From a virus, in the IMG/VR virus record IMGVR_UViG_3300008262_000014, positions 63,872 to 127,871 of that record: DNA of 64,000 nt; one strand, written 5' to 3'. The notes under the pieces were generated by a model. It made no database searches, was not told where the DNA came from, and saw nothing but the letters and a program-made list of their open reading frames with translations. A program made the translations under genes and the position numbers. Of this stretch, positions 10,213 to 20,653 are shown in pieces (position 1 is the stretch's first letter; each line of letters starts with the position of its first letter).

Positions 10213-11015
10213 TAACTTAGTGCTTGATAAAATTTTATTGGTTTATAACGTGTACCAACCTTACTTCCTGTCATTCCAGAATAACTATATACCTCATATG
10301 AATAGTCTGATTTATCTATTTCTAATTGAAAATATAAATCTCTATATTCTAAAATCTCGGTAGTAGGACTTAATGGTGAATTTGTAAAATTTAATATTTC
10401 GCCATCTTTTGCATTATAAAATCTAGCGGTAAACCAAAATGTATTTCCAGTTAATGATGTTTCCTCAAATGGTGTTTCATCTTTAAACCAAAAAAGATAC
10501 ATATTTTCTTTATTTCTATAATTTGAACCCGAAAAAACAGGTACTGATATGAATTTTAATAACCCCGTATAAAAATATTTTTCACCTAACGGCAATGATA
10601 AATTTTTTGAAAAAACTAATTTTCTATTTGATCTCTCAGGTCTTTCGTTGTTTGGTGTTTTATAAAATTCTAATCTAAAAAAACTTTCAGTAGATTGTTT
10701 TAAAAATTTTGCATTTTCTTGATGTGTTATACCCACTAAACTATAATCTAAACCATTATTATATGTTGTACCAGTGGTAAAATAAAAATAAAACCATATT
10801 TCATTTTGTGTAAACGGAGTCGCACCTGTTATCGGATATTCTTTATGAATATATCTAACTGTTTCATAATTATCAATTGGATTAATGATCTTTAATAAAC
10901 TTTCTCTTTCTAATTCTTGTGCATTCTCTTGCCATCCCAAATCAGTTTTGAAATCATTCTCGTTATTAATAACAATATTATTTGTCAAGTTGTTTCTTAA
11001 TATTTTCATCAACAA
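10212..11015 (-). CDS. Hypothetical structural protein (start may be the third codon, MKILRNN)
   Basis: 267-aa aromatic/beta-rich ORF in a coupled operon. Confidence 0.55.
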   Translation of the reverse strand: MLMKILRNNLTNNIVINNENDFKTDLGWQENAQELERESLLKIINPIDNYETVRYIHKEYPITGATPFTQNEIWFYFYFTTGTTYNNGLDYSLVGITHQENAKFLKQSTESFFRLEFYKTPNNERPERSNRKLVFSKNLSLPLGEKYFYTGLLKFISVPVFSGSNYRNKENMYLFWFKDETPFEETSLTGNTFWFTARFYNAKDGEILNFTNSPLSPTTEILEYRDLYFQLEIDKSDYSYEVYSYSGMTGSKVGTRYKPIKFYQALS

Positions 11016-12763
11016 TCAATATTTAAATTTTTGGATTTTTTAATACCATCTTGTTTATTTGTCAAATCTTTTTCATTTAATAAATAAAAGTTAATGGTTT
11101 TTTGAATATAATGTGTGTTATTTAAAAAAGGAAAATTTGTTCCAAATCCATCAACGTCCACATATCCGTGATCATATAAATCTCTCCATTTCCATAGATT
11201 TTCGTTTTTATCGTAAATTAAATTTTCTGGTAAATTATATATATCATTTGTTTGAGATGTTTCTATATATGGTGATAATTCCCTAATTTTAACTCTATGA
11301 TGTGGTTGGTATCCGATACCAACTAAATTATTATTAGATGCTAATTTTAATGTTGTGTTTAAATTTTGTCCGTGATTAAATATGTTTAAAGGACTTGTTA
11401 TTTTGTGAAACGCTTCACTAATAATTCTTTCCTTTAATTCTGTTTTATTATATTCAACAAATGCACCAGTTAAAATGGTTCCAATTGGTAATGAATTACC
11501 TCTATTAAATGTTATACCAGAATTTATAAAAGGTGTACTGGTTAATGTTGTTTCATTTGATGTTGTACCGCTAAAATGATTATCTACCCATGTATCATGA
11601 AAATGAAACCTATATCCAAGTTTGGGTGGATAATTAAAATACCCATTATCATTTCTAAAAATTATTGTCACATATAATTCTGTAGGAGTGTAATTAAAAT
11701 TATTTGTTATTCCACTTAATGTATATGGTTCCTTAAAATCAAAAAGAACCGCCTCCATTCTATTTTTCTCAACATAATAATCTATTATACCTTGTGAATT
11801 TTGAAATAATAATTTTCTTTCTTCTTCAAAAATTGGTGATTCAAATCCTGCTTTATCTAAAATATAGTTGTTTTGGTTAGTTAATGTTTTATGTTTATGT
11901 ACATAATATTCAGATGTTGTTTCATCGATTTTATTTATATTAATACATCTTTTTCCTATTATAACTCTATCTAAAATTAAAGATGGGTTAAATTGACTTC
12001 TTAAAATGTTAATAACATATTTTTCAGAATTATACGTTTGATTACCGACAGTATTAACATAAAATGTTCTACCACTAGAAGGTACACCACTGTTTAGTGT
12101 ACTTTCTAAAATTGTTAAATATTCTCCCTGTTTGATACCATGTTCAACAGGTGATGTGAATGTATAGTATTTTCCATTTATTCTCGCCCTAAATGGAATA
12201 CCATCTTTTGCTTGAAATGAAAATGTACCACCATCAGACAAAGTATATTTCATTGGATATGAAGTATCGGCACTATAAACATATGAGAGATAAAAATTCC
12301 AATTTTTATAGGGGGCATTAATTTGAGTAGTTCCTAAATGATCGGTAACACCATCAGTTAATGTTATTAATGGACTAAAATCAGATGGTGTCAAACCTGA
12401 TAATGGTGTATTTTTTTCTCTTAATACATCATTTCTTAAAAACGCAAATTCATTATAATTTATAAATCCTGTCCAATCAGAATTAGATCCATCATCTGAT
12501 AATGATAAATTTCTTTGTAAAGGAGAATATGTGGTATCGCCTGAATATGTATTTCTAAAAACCATTCTAACTTTACCAAATATTTTATAATTTTTACATT
12601 CGTTTCTTTCTTTATTAAATTGTTCTGAAACATCCAATACAACATCTCTATCACCTTCCCTTAAAAGATTTTTAGATTCATCAAAATTTATCCTAAGAGA
12701 TAAATTTTGATCTGGTGCTCTTTCATATAATTTATTTGGTAGTACTAATATTTTCTTTTCCAT
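11009..12763 (-). CDS. Hypothetical structural (baseplate-region) protein
   Basis: 584-aa ORF coupled to its neighbours. Confidence 0.55.
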   Translation of the reverse strand: MEKKILVLPNKLYERAPDQNLSLRINFDESKNLLREGDRDVVLDVSEQFNKERNECKNYKIFGKVRMVFRNTYSGDTTYSPLQRNLSLSDDGSNSDWTGFINYNEFAFLRNDVLREKNTPLSGLTPSDFSPLITLTDGVTDHLGTTQINAPYKNWNFYLSYVYSADTSYPMKYTLSDGGTFSFQAKDGIPFRARINGKYYTFTSPVEHGIKQGEYLTILESTLNSGVPSSGRTFYVNTVGNQTYNSEKYVINILRSQFNPSLILDRVIIGKRCININKIDETTSEYYVHKHKTLTNQNNYILDKAGFESPIFEEERKLLFQNSQGIIDYYVEKNRMEAVLFDFKEPYTLSGITNNFNYTPTELYVTIIFRNDNGYFNYPPKLGYRFHFHDTWVDNHFSGTTSNETTLTSTPFINSGITFNRGNSLPIGTILTGAFVEYNKTELKERIISEAFHKITSPLNIFNHGQNLNTTLKLASNNNLVGIGYQPHHRVKIRELSPYIETSQTNDIYNLPENLIYDKNENLWKWRDLYDHGYVDVDGFGTNFPFLNNTHYIQKTINFYLLNEKDLTNKQDGIKKSKNLNIDC

Positions 12764-13470
12764 TATTTTTGGATATTAAATAAATAATTTCTTATAGATT
12801 TTAATAATGTATATGGTTGTTTATCACTTCTACAAATACCTTCTTCAACTGTTATTTTATTATATTCATACGCAACACCACATGTATCCCAATTAATTTC
12901 TTCACCTTCGTCTCTTCTTATAATTTCTATAATTTGTTTTTCATCTCTAACAATACCGTTTTTACTTTTAGGTATCTTTGATATAATATTTTCACTATAA
13001 CCCTTTTCTTTACATTTACATATTGTCATTTTACCGTTTAATGAATATGATTTTTCCATTGCAGCAATTTCCATACCATCCATATATTCAGACATTTCAA
13101 CAACTCTTCTATGTACAACACCACTAAAACAAGTTGTAAACATAAATTTTGTTTCATTATTTATTATTGGTTTTAGTGCATCCATTAATTTATAAACTTT
13201 TAATTTATCATCCGTTGTCTGTACTAAAAATTTACCAGTACCAAAACTTGTTATATTAATTTGTTTTAATTTATCAGGATATTTTTTTATAAATTTTTTA
13301 ACATCTTCAATACATTTGTCAATTGAGCTATATGGTCCAATACTATATGTTAATCTTGATAAAAGATTATATAAAAAAGATTCTTCATTATTATATAAAA
13401 CATATATTATAAGATGTGTCGGTTTCCTTTTTTTAAAAATATCTAGTATGTTCATATTAAAATGGTCCAA
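12763..13470 (-). CDS. Hypothetical protein, DUF4347/caspase-hemoglobinase-like fold with a degenerate catalytic His position
   Basis: QINITSFGTG and FMFTTCFSG resemble the IxSHGxxG and LxxCxxG motifs; Lys-rich composition unlike its neighbours. Confidence 0.4.
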   Translation of the reverse strand: MDHFNMNILDIFKKRKPTHLIIYVLYNNEESFLYNLLSRLTYSIGPYSSIDKCIEDVKKFIKKYPDKLKQINITSFGTGKFLVQTTDDKLKVYKLMDALKPIINNETKFMFTTCFSGVVHRRVVEMSEYMDGMEIAAMEKSYSLNGKMTICKCKEKGYSENIISKIPKSKNGIVRDEKQIIEIIRRDEGEEINWDTCGVAYEYNKITVEEGICRSDKQPYTLLKSIRNYLFNIQK

Positions 13471-16400
13471 AAAGTTCTATAAATTTATCAAAGGCGGTTT
13501 TTCCTTTTCTCAATCCAAAATAATAATGAAATGGTGTACCGATTTCCATTATATGTCTTCTTTGTCCTCCAACGGTATACTCTTTATAATTGTCATTATA
13601 TTTTTTATTACCTGATCCATAATCTAAACAATCTCTTATTGGTGGTATAACATATGGGTTAAAATAATCATCATCTGAATTAACGACAGGATTAGGGTCT
13701 GGATTTAAATTTGACTTCATTAACTGTAGTCTTTGTGAATAGATATTTGAATTATAAAATTGTTGATTTTCACTATTACCAATTGTTAAAGCTTCACCAA
13801 AACCATGTCCAAAAGTTTCCCACATGTAATATGGTACTTTTTGTGATGTGTCACCTAGTCTTGATGGTTCATTTAAACATCTTCTAATTAATCCACCGTA
13901 TCTTTCAGTAATTACTGTATCAGGATCATCCTCACTAAAAACAAAATCTATACCTACAGCACCTCTACCATCAAAAATTGTACTATACTGTGCAGTGTAA
14001 GGTGAATCAAATTCTTCATATTCAAAAGGATATATACCTGTTTGTGTATTAAAATTCATCAATTGTGCTATATCTCCATCAATTAACCCATATCCTCTAG
14101 CATCAAATAAGTCTTGTACGTCTAATTTTCCCCTTTCTTTTATTTCTTTTGATTGGATAACATACTCAATTAAATCGTCTAACCCTTTATATGATGTTGA
14201 ACCGACACTTCTAGTTATAGAACAATTTACATCAAGTTCAGGATCTACACATATTTCATTTATCCATGTATTTCTTGGTCCTAAATCAACAACCGCGGTT
14301 GGAAAATTTATTTCTCTTTTTGTTTTTACTGACCCCTCATAATTATAAGTTCTTAATTGACCATAAAAACCTTTTGTTTTATTCATATAGTCAGAAGTTA
14401 AACTAGGATTAGCCGCAAGTTGGGTACCAGTTGCCGGATCATAATCATATTGTGTTTCAGAAAAAGTATAATTTGGATTATATGGTGTTGATCTATAATA
14501 TAAATGAAGACCAGAAGAGTCGGTAAACTTATAAATACATTGTTTACATAATCTATCATTTTTACCTCTTTTCATAAATTGAAAAAAGTATAAAGATCCT
14601 ATCAACCACGAATCGGTAAATAAATAAGAAACAACTCCACCACACATTAATTGACCAAATAGTTTTCTTCTCCTCCATGATTTTAACATACCAAAAGTCT
14701 TTCCCGCTAAAGGTACTATTGTATAAACACCATCCCTAAATTCTGAAAATCCTGAATTTGTTCCTTGTGTTGTTAATGAATTGTCAACATAATAGGGTCC
14801 CTTTTTCTTTACTTCACCATAATATGCACCATTTATAACACATTGTACTGAATTATTATCAAAACCACCAAATTTCATTGGCCATTTACAATGATAACTT
14901 AGAACGGCACCAACGTTATATGGTGTACCAGAAAAACAAGGATCAGGGTGTAAATTTAAAATACTTGTTGGGTAATTATTATCCCATGAATCACTTGGAT
15001 AATATCCTGTAGAGTTACTACGTTGATTATTTATCAACCATTGTCTCATGGTAGCATAATCAGGAAATCCTGCTAATGGAAAAACAAATCCCTTTAAATT
15101 CATTTTTCCTTCTCCACCATCTTCTGTCCATTTTGTATCTATTATGAAATCATATTTATCACAACCTCTTTCAGGTGATCCCGCCGGTCTGGCATCAGGA
15201 TCATTTGCTTTATTATTACAATCACCAGGAACTTCCCACATTTTTGAAATTAAAACGCAACGATGTTTATTATGTATCGTACCATTTATTGGTTGATCCA
15301 TTTGTGTAGAATATTCTTCTTTTATTTCATTAGCAATATCATCATAAAAACCACCACCTATTTTCCAATTATTTGTTGGTCCATATAATGATACATTTGG
15401 ATTAAGTGAACTAGCAGGTCCATCCCAAATTATTGGATATTTTGTTCCACATCCAATAGCAATTTGTTGAGTAGATCCATCATTAAAAATATCAATTTCA
15501 ACAATATAACTTCTATTTAATTGTACACCGTTAAATGTGACACCTGTCCATGGAGCTAATTCATATCCACCACAAAATGCGGTAGAACCAGGTGTTACAG
15601 TTACACTTAAACCCGTTATTGATGGTGGTATAGTAAATACGGTACCTTTTTTCGCGTAAAGTGTAACAAAAGTTACACCGGTTGATGGATTAGGGGCCGT
15701 TATGGTGATTGGTGGGGCTTGTTGATTGTCACAATTAGTATACCCAGTTATGTGATAATTTAACGATCCGATATGTGTAAATGTATATGTGTCACAAGGT
15801 ACATTAAAATAAAGATCACCATCAAGATTGCCGTCTTGACATTTTGAAGAAGAACTTTCCGTATACGATAAACCAGTAAAGATTGGTGGTATCACCCATG
15901 ATTGACTCGGTTGCCCACAAAATCTTCTAATATAATTTGCTGGCATTTCTTCAGTAACAGAAACACCATCACAATCAGTATATGTAATTGAGTAACCGGT
16001 TAAACCAGTATTTGTAAATGTATATTCACTACAGGGTGTTGATGATTTTCTTTTGGGTAAATATTTCTCACCAAAATTAATATTTGTTGCAATTGGTGGT
16101 CCACTAGTATAGTCTTGAGGATTTGGTGGAGTAGGTATTGTATTTGTATCTTTTAATTCATTATCTTCAGTACAATCATAACAATCGGGATATATAATTA
16201 ACGGTAATTTAAATATTTGTTTAAACTGATATTCTTTAGCCGCCTTATTTTGTTTGGCGGCGGCTTTGTTAACAACTTTGATTCCCGATAATGCATTTGC
16301 AAAACCAAATAACACTGCAGTAACAAATTCTTTAATAAAAAGATTAATAAACTTACCAATAAATTCTATATAATTTATTACTGTTATAATAAAAAATTGA

Positions 16401-17956
16401 AATCTATGATTTCTAACTGCATCATTAACTGGAAAATAATTATTTACTCCCTCACAATCATCTTTTTCTTGTGGCCAATTTTCTTTAATGCCAATAAAAG
16501 ATTCTCTTCTATCTTTCTTAAAAAAAGATAAAACTCTTTCAAGAGCACTGGTTTTGTAATATTTGTTCATAAATTGACCAACAGTATAAATTCTACCATA
16601 TCTAAATTGATAGAAATAATCTTGTGGTATACCCAATTTATTTTCAGAAATCGCATCCACACTAGTACCCGCAATTTCTTTTCTGGCATCTTGTGGGTAA
16701 TCATCTATATTATTACTAAATGAATATGATTTTGGGTCAATTGTTGAAATACCTCCAACAAATGATGTATCATTTATATGATATTCTCTTGCATTTGGTA
16801 TTAAAAATTTACCTGTGAATCTATTTCTAGCTCCAGTGTCTTCATTTAACGATAATCTGAATCTGTAATTTCCGGCCGTAGCAACACCAACATTTGGATC
16901 GTTTGTTTCATATATTTCTCCAAATTCATTTGTTGCTATGTACTTCATGTTCATTGGAATTCTAAAAAAGAAAGCTCCGTTTTCATCAATAGTACTATCA
17001 ATATCAAAAAACTCCATTATTGGTCTGTCCGGATTTGGGGTGCCTCCGGAAGTTTCTTCATATTCACCTGTAAATCTAATTGATTCAACATCCCCTTTAA
17101 AGGTTATCAATCTACACTTTTCCCCCATTTGATTATCCACATTACAGTTAACTCTTAACGCGTCTTTACCTGAATCAGTAAAACTACCACCAACCATAAT
17201 TGCATATGGATTAATTTTAATTCCTTGTGAAGAAAGATCAAAATCTGTTCTAGTAATACCTATTTGACATAATTCCGGATTACCCCAAAAAGAATAAACT
17301 TCAATTGATTTATCAAAACTAACTATTTGTGGTAACGCATCTAAATCCGAAGAAGATGCATAAGTATACTTATTAACAAATTTTTCTTCAGATATCCCGT
17401 CATATATTAAATCATATGGAACCAATGATTGACATCCCATATCTGAAAGATCTAAATCAATATGAAGTGTTTGTTTACCTAATGGTACTCCCCAAATCAT
17501 AAAATCACCGGCATCATTTGTTTTCGCAGTATATTTGTAGAATTTTTCAAAAACTTCTAAATATTCTTCTCTATTTAAGATATCTTCTTGATCAGGAAAT
17601 GTCCCTGTTGGTGTATGTCCTGTATGTTGTTTTCTTGATGGTAATAAATTATATCTATAGTTATTTTCGTTTTTTTCTTCGATAGATTTATATGGATATA
17701 GTGTAGAAATTACGGGATCATTTTCATCTACTTCAGATATTGGGACAAATATAGAGACTCTAGCATTAGGTACACCAAGTCCATTATTAACTATAATTCT
17801 ACCAACAACAACACCATAATCACCACAAAAAGATGAATATGCCTCTTGTTGTGAAAATTTTAAAGATAAAATTTCTAATAGGTCATAATCCTGTTTTAAT
17901 TCTACTGTGACTTTTTGATCGACACCAATGTTGGTATAAATTCTATGTTTTTGCAT
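13457..17956 (-). CDS. Large putative virion/baseplate protein with N-terminal carboxypeptidase-regulatory/Ig-like domain and Cys-rich central region
   Basis: 1499 aa; VVVGRIIVNNGLGVPNARVSIF...KTNDAGDFMIWGVPLG; immediately downstream of the gp6-like gene. Confidence 0.55.
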   Translation of the reverse strand: MQKHRIYTNIGVDQKVTVELKQDYDLLEILSLKFSQQEAYSSFCGDYGVVVGRIIVNNGLGVPNARVSIFVPISEVDENDPVISTLYPYKSIEEKNENNYRYNLLPSRKQHTGHTPTGTFPDQEDILNREEYLEVFEKFYKYTAKTNDAGDFMIWGVPLGKQTLHIDLDLSDMGCQSLVPYDLIYDGISEEKFVNKYTYASSSDLDALPQIVSFDKSIEVYSFWGNPELCQIGITRTDFDLSSQGIKINPYAIMVGGSFTDSGKDALRVNCNVDNQMGEKCRLITFKGDVESIRFTGEYEETSGGTPNPDRPIMEFFDIDSTIDENGAFFFRIPMNMKYIATNEFGEIYETNDPNVGVATAGNYRFRLSLNEDTGARNRFTGKFLIPNAREYHINDTSFVGGISTIDPKSYSFSNNIDDYPQDARKEIAGTSVDAISENKLGIPQDYFYQFRYGRIYTVGQFMNKYYKTSALERVLSFFKKDRRESFIGIKENWPQEKDDCEGVNNYFPVNDAVRNHRFQFFIITVINYIEFIGKFINLFIKEFVTAVLFGFANALSGIKVVNKAAAKQNKAAKEYQFKQIFKLPLIIYPDCYDCTEDNELKDTNTIPTPPNPQDYTSGPPIATNINFGEKYLPKRKSSTPCSEYTFTNTGLTGYSITYTDCDGVSVTEEMPANYIRRFCGQPSQSWVIPPIFTGLSYTESSSSKCQDGNLDGDLYFNVPCDTYTFTHIGSLNYHITGYTNCDNQQAPPITITAPNPSTGVTFVTLYAKKGTVFTIPPSITGLSVTVTPGSTAFCGGYELAPWTGVTFNGVQLNRSYIVEIDIFNDGSTQQIAIGCGTKYPIIWDGPASSLNPNVSLYGPTNNWKIGGGFYDDIANEIKEEYSTQMDQPINGTIHNKHRCVLISKMWEVPGDCNNKANDPDARPAGSPERGCDKYDFIIDTKWTEDGGEGKMNLKGFVFPLAGFPDYATMRQWLINNQRSNSTGYYPSDSWDNNYPTSILNLHPDPCFSGTPYNVGAVLSYHCKWPMKFGGFDNNSVQCVINGAYYGEVKKKGPYYVDNSLTTQGTNSGFSEFRDGVYTIVPLAGKTFGMLKSWRRRKLFGQLMCGGVVSYLFTDSWLIGSLYFFQFMKRGKNDRLCKQCIYKFTDSSGLHLYYRSTPYNPNYTFSETQYDYDPATGTQLAANPSLTSDYMNKTKGFYGQLRTYNYEGSVKTKREINFPTAVVDLGPRNTWINEICVDPELDVNCSITRSVGSTSYKGLDDLIEYVIQSKEIKERGKLDVQDLFDARGYGLIDGDIAQLMNFNTQTGIYPFEYEEFDSPYTAQYSTIFDGRGAVGIDFVFSEDDPDTVITERYGGLIRRCLNEPSRLGDTSQKVPYYMWETFGHGFGEALTIGNSENQQFYNSNIYSQRLQLMKSNLNPDPNPVVNSDDDYFNPYVIPPIRDCLDYGSGNKKYNDNYKEYTVGGQRRHIMEIGTPFHYYFGLRKGKTAFDKFIELFGPF

Positions 17957-18013
17957 ATTTCTTTATATAAATAGAAAAGTTTTAATTTTCAAATAATATA
18001 AAGAAAAATGTTT

Positions 18014-19846
18014 TTAAAATGTAGTCGATCCTAATGTTTTAACCCTAACTTTTATATCTTTATTTGGGAATCTTATTTGAAATATTTGATTAGACTTCAT
18101 AAAAATAGTCATATCAGATTGTAAAACTTCTTTTGTTATTGGGTCTTTATATTGTTGTGATACTTCAGATAATGAATATTCTCCACCTGTTTTTACAAAA
18201 ACTCTAATATCAACAACATTTATAACACCATTTTCATCACCAATTTCTTTAAATAAATTACCCAAAAATAAAGGATCTCCCATTTTTCTTTTATCTATTG
18301 AGAAATAGGATATTGTTTTAGTGATTGTATTTTTTATAACATCAGTGCTATTTACATTTTTATCCAAGATCAAATCAATTTCAAGAGAAAAATCAATTAC
18401 TTGACCACTAACAATATCAATAAAATCATTTATCATCCTGAATTCCGATAAATAATTTATGATATTATTTTTTAATGTGTTAGAAACTGTTTCAGTTAAA
18501 TTACCTTTATCATCATATGATAATAATTTAATTCTAACTTTATTATCTTCTTCCATTACATTAACCTTTGCGGGTGCTCCGTATGTTGATGGCATAGTTT
18601 CTATCAAAACTTTATAATCATTTAAAGTAACTGCTCTATTTTGTGCCGCGAAATTATATGCAACTAAATTTCTTATTTCTTCTATTGTCGGTTGATCGGC
18701 ACCTCCAATAGCGGGTGTTACATTATTAACACTCAATGAATTAACTACTTGTGTATTTATACTACTATTAGGACCATTAACATTAAATTCAATACTATCA
18801 ACACTTGTTATAACATTAACACCTAAATTACTACTTTTACCACCACCAATTCTATATTTTATAAAAAGAGTACTATCTATTTTTGGTAATGCACCTAATG
18901 ATAAATTATTTAAATAAACACCAAGATTAACTTTCATGTTATTTGTCATGAAATTATCTAAATTATCTAAAGGATCGACATTGCCTGATCCAAATGTTAT
19001 TGAAAAATAATTTTCTGGAGTATATTCTGTTACAAATTTATTTTTAACATCGATATATTTTCCAGATTTAAAATTTGGTCTATCTGATATTCCTGTCGGG
19101 TCTGGAACAAATACTTTATCTTGTATCATTGTTTTTACTTCATACCATCTATTTTCTGATGTATTAAATTCTGCAGAATTTGGATTTGCGGTAAAATTTG
19201 TTCCTTCTTTATGTATGATTGATGTCACACCTAAAACATTTTGTTCAGGTAAAAAAAGTTTTAAAAATGGTTTTTGATCTAATTGTGTAATAACTCTTCT
19301 AAAAATTCTAGTAACTCCATTAACTACAGGTTCTCTTTTCGTTATAGTATATGATACTAATTGATTATTACCATCAAAATTTGGAATTTTCAATCTATTT
19401 GGTTCTCCTCTATTATTAAATGGATTAGCAAAATCAATATCATCAGTAGTTTCAAAAATTTGTCCTCCTCCCGAAACTTGTGCTCCCGCTTTTAAAATTC
19501 CTTCATATCTATCATCATCTTTATCACCTTTAACAGGAACAACTATTGAAAAATCACACAATGCAACTGATGGTCTGTTTCCCGGTATTCTTATCCCATA
19601 TGTTTTTGCGATGAAAAATAATGATTGTCTTTGTTGTGCAAAGTCTAACATTGTCTCCTGCCAAACTCTATCAATATGGTAATGTAAATTATCCGCAACC
19701 GCGGCATTTATATCTAATAAAACCGAAAAAATAGATGCATCATTTGTGTTCTTAATTAAATCGGGATAATAATTTCTAGTTAAATTAACTAATTCCTGTC
19801 TTAATCCAACAAAATCCCTTGTTGCGTATGATATTTTTTTAGCCAT
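18014..19846 (-). CDS. Baseplate wedge protein (T4 gp6 / baseplate J-like)
   Basis: SYATRDFVGLRQEL, GGADQPTIEEIR, AQNRAVTLNDY motifs. Confidence 0.9.
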   Translation of the reverse strand: MAKKISYATRDFVGLRQELVNLTRNYYPDLIKNTNDASIFSVLLDINAAVADNLHYHIDRVWQETMLDFAQQRQSLFFIAKTYGIRIPGNRPSVALCDFSIVVPVKGDKDDDRYEGILKAGAQVSGGGQIFETTDDIDFANPFNNRGEPNRLKIPNFDGNNQLVSYTITKREPVVNGVTRIFRRVITQLDQKPFLKLFLPEQNVLGVTSIIHKEGTNFTANPNSAEFNTSENRWYEVKTMIQDKVFVPDPTGISDRPNFKSGKYIDVKNKFVTEYTPENYFSITFGSGNVDPLDNLDNFMTNNMKVNLGVYLNNLSLGALPKIDSTLFIKYRIGGGKSSNLGVNVITSVDSIEFNVNGPNSSINTQVVNSLSVNNVTPAIGGADQPTIEEIRNLVAYNFAAQNRAVTLNDYKVLIETMPSTYGAPAKVNVMEEDNKVRIKLLSYDDKGNLTETVSNTLKNNIINYLSEFRMINDFIDIVSGQVIDFSLEIDLILDKNVNSTDVIKNTITKTISYFSIDKRKMGDPLFLGNLFKEIGDENGVINVVDIRVFVKTGGEYSLSEVSQQYKDPITKEVLQSDMTIFMKSNQIFQIRFPNKDIKVRVKTLGSTTF

Positions 19847-19847
19847 A

Positions 19848-20300
19848 TTATATATTAATAATTATAAAATCAGATGATGAAAATGTTCCATTATTTACAG
19901 TGTAATCTATTTTAACTTTTGCGGTATATGGTTTAGTTGAAAAATCTGAAACTCTAAAAAGTCTATTATCCTCATCTTCCATAGAACCAACTAATCTATC
20001 GGGATCATCTTCAGCCGATGTAATACTAATAGAATTAATATCTAAATTTGGTATATATTTTCTAACACTTTCTCTTATTTCATCTTCAATAAGATTATAT
20101 GATACGACATCATTTTGTTCAAAAATATACTCATATATTCTTGTTCCAAAATCAGGTAGATAATATCTACTACCTTTTCTTGTTAGTAAAAGATGTAATA
20201 AGTTTGCTCTAACTTCTCTTTCAGGAGTTTCAGTCATTCTTAAAAAGTCACCTTTTCTACTATCTCTAAATGGATAATCTATACCATATGTTACTGCCAT
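19848..20300 (-). CDS. Baseplate wedge / sheath initiator (T4 gp25-like)
   Basis: NLLHLLLTRKGSRYYLPDFGTRIYEYIFE. Confidence 0.9.
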   Translation of the reverse strand: MAVTYGIDYPFRDSRKGDFLRMTETPEREVRANLLHLLLTRKGSRYYLPDFGTRIYEYIFEQNDVVSYNLIEDEIRESVRKYIPNLDINSISITSAEDDPDRLVGSMEDEDNRLFRVSDFSTKPYTAKVKIDYTVNNGTFSSSDFIIINI

Positions 20301-20339
20301 GATAATAAATATAATGATATTCGAAATCTTTTTAAATGA

Positions 20340-20365
20340 AAAATCCAGACATATGTCTGGATTTT
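20340..20365 (-). terminator. Perfect 26-bp palindrome, probable intrinsic terminator closing the replication block
   Basis: AAAATCCAGACAT-ATGTCTGGATTTT, T-run on both strands. Confidence 0.65.
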
Positions 20366-20379
20366 GTCCATGTTAATTA

Positions 20380-20447
20380 TGGTGGTTTGGTTTTCACCCC
20401 CTGTATAACCAATCCTTAGATGCTCAAGGTACGCCTTGACGACAGAC
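20380..20447 (-). ncRNA. Candidate structured RNA element (hairpins plus possible pseudoknot)
   Basis: GC-enriched intergenic stretch; UCAAGG-CGUA-CCUUGA hairpin; UGGUU/AACCA stem whose loop (ACAGG) can pair with the upstream UCUGU. Confidence 0.35.
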
Positions 20448-20644
20448 TAATCTTTGAGGGAGTCATCCAATCCTTTTTTTAAAGTGGTATTATTTTTTTC
20501 TCCTTTAGGTTCATATGGACAATGTCTACATCCATTACCTGATGATCCACAACAATACCCTCTTTCTATGTGATATCTTTCAGTGAAGATAACTTTATTA
20601 CCATCAAGATAATAATGTGTTCCTTCAATAAATTCATTACTCAT
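20447..20644 (-). CDS. Small Cys-rich protein (DUF5522-like)
   Basis: HIERGYCCGSSGNGCRHCPY. Confidence 0.8.
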   Translation of the reverse strand: MSNEFIEGTHYYLDGNKVIFTERYHIERGYCCGSSGNGCRHCPYEPKGEKNNTTLKKGLDDSLKD

Positions 20645-20653
20645 TTTATTGAT

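Noticed and set aside
20380-20447. HDV-like, hammerhead or twister ribozyme assignment
   Set aside because: No room for HDV P3/L3, no CUGAUGA core, no twister consensus; kept only as an unclassified RNA candidate
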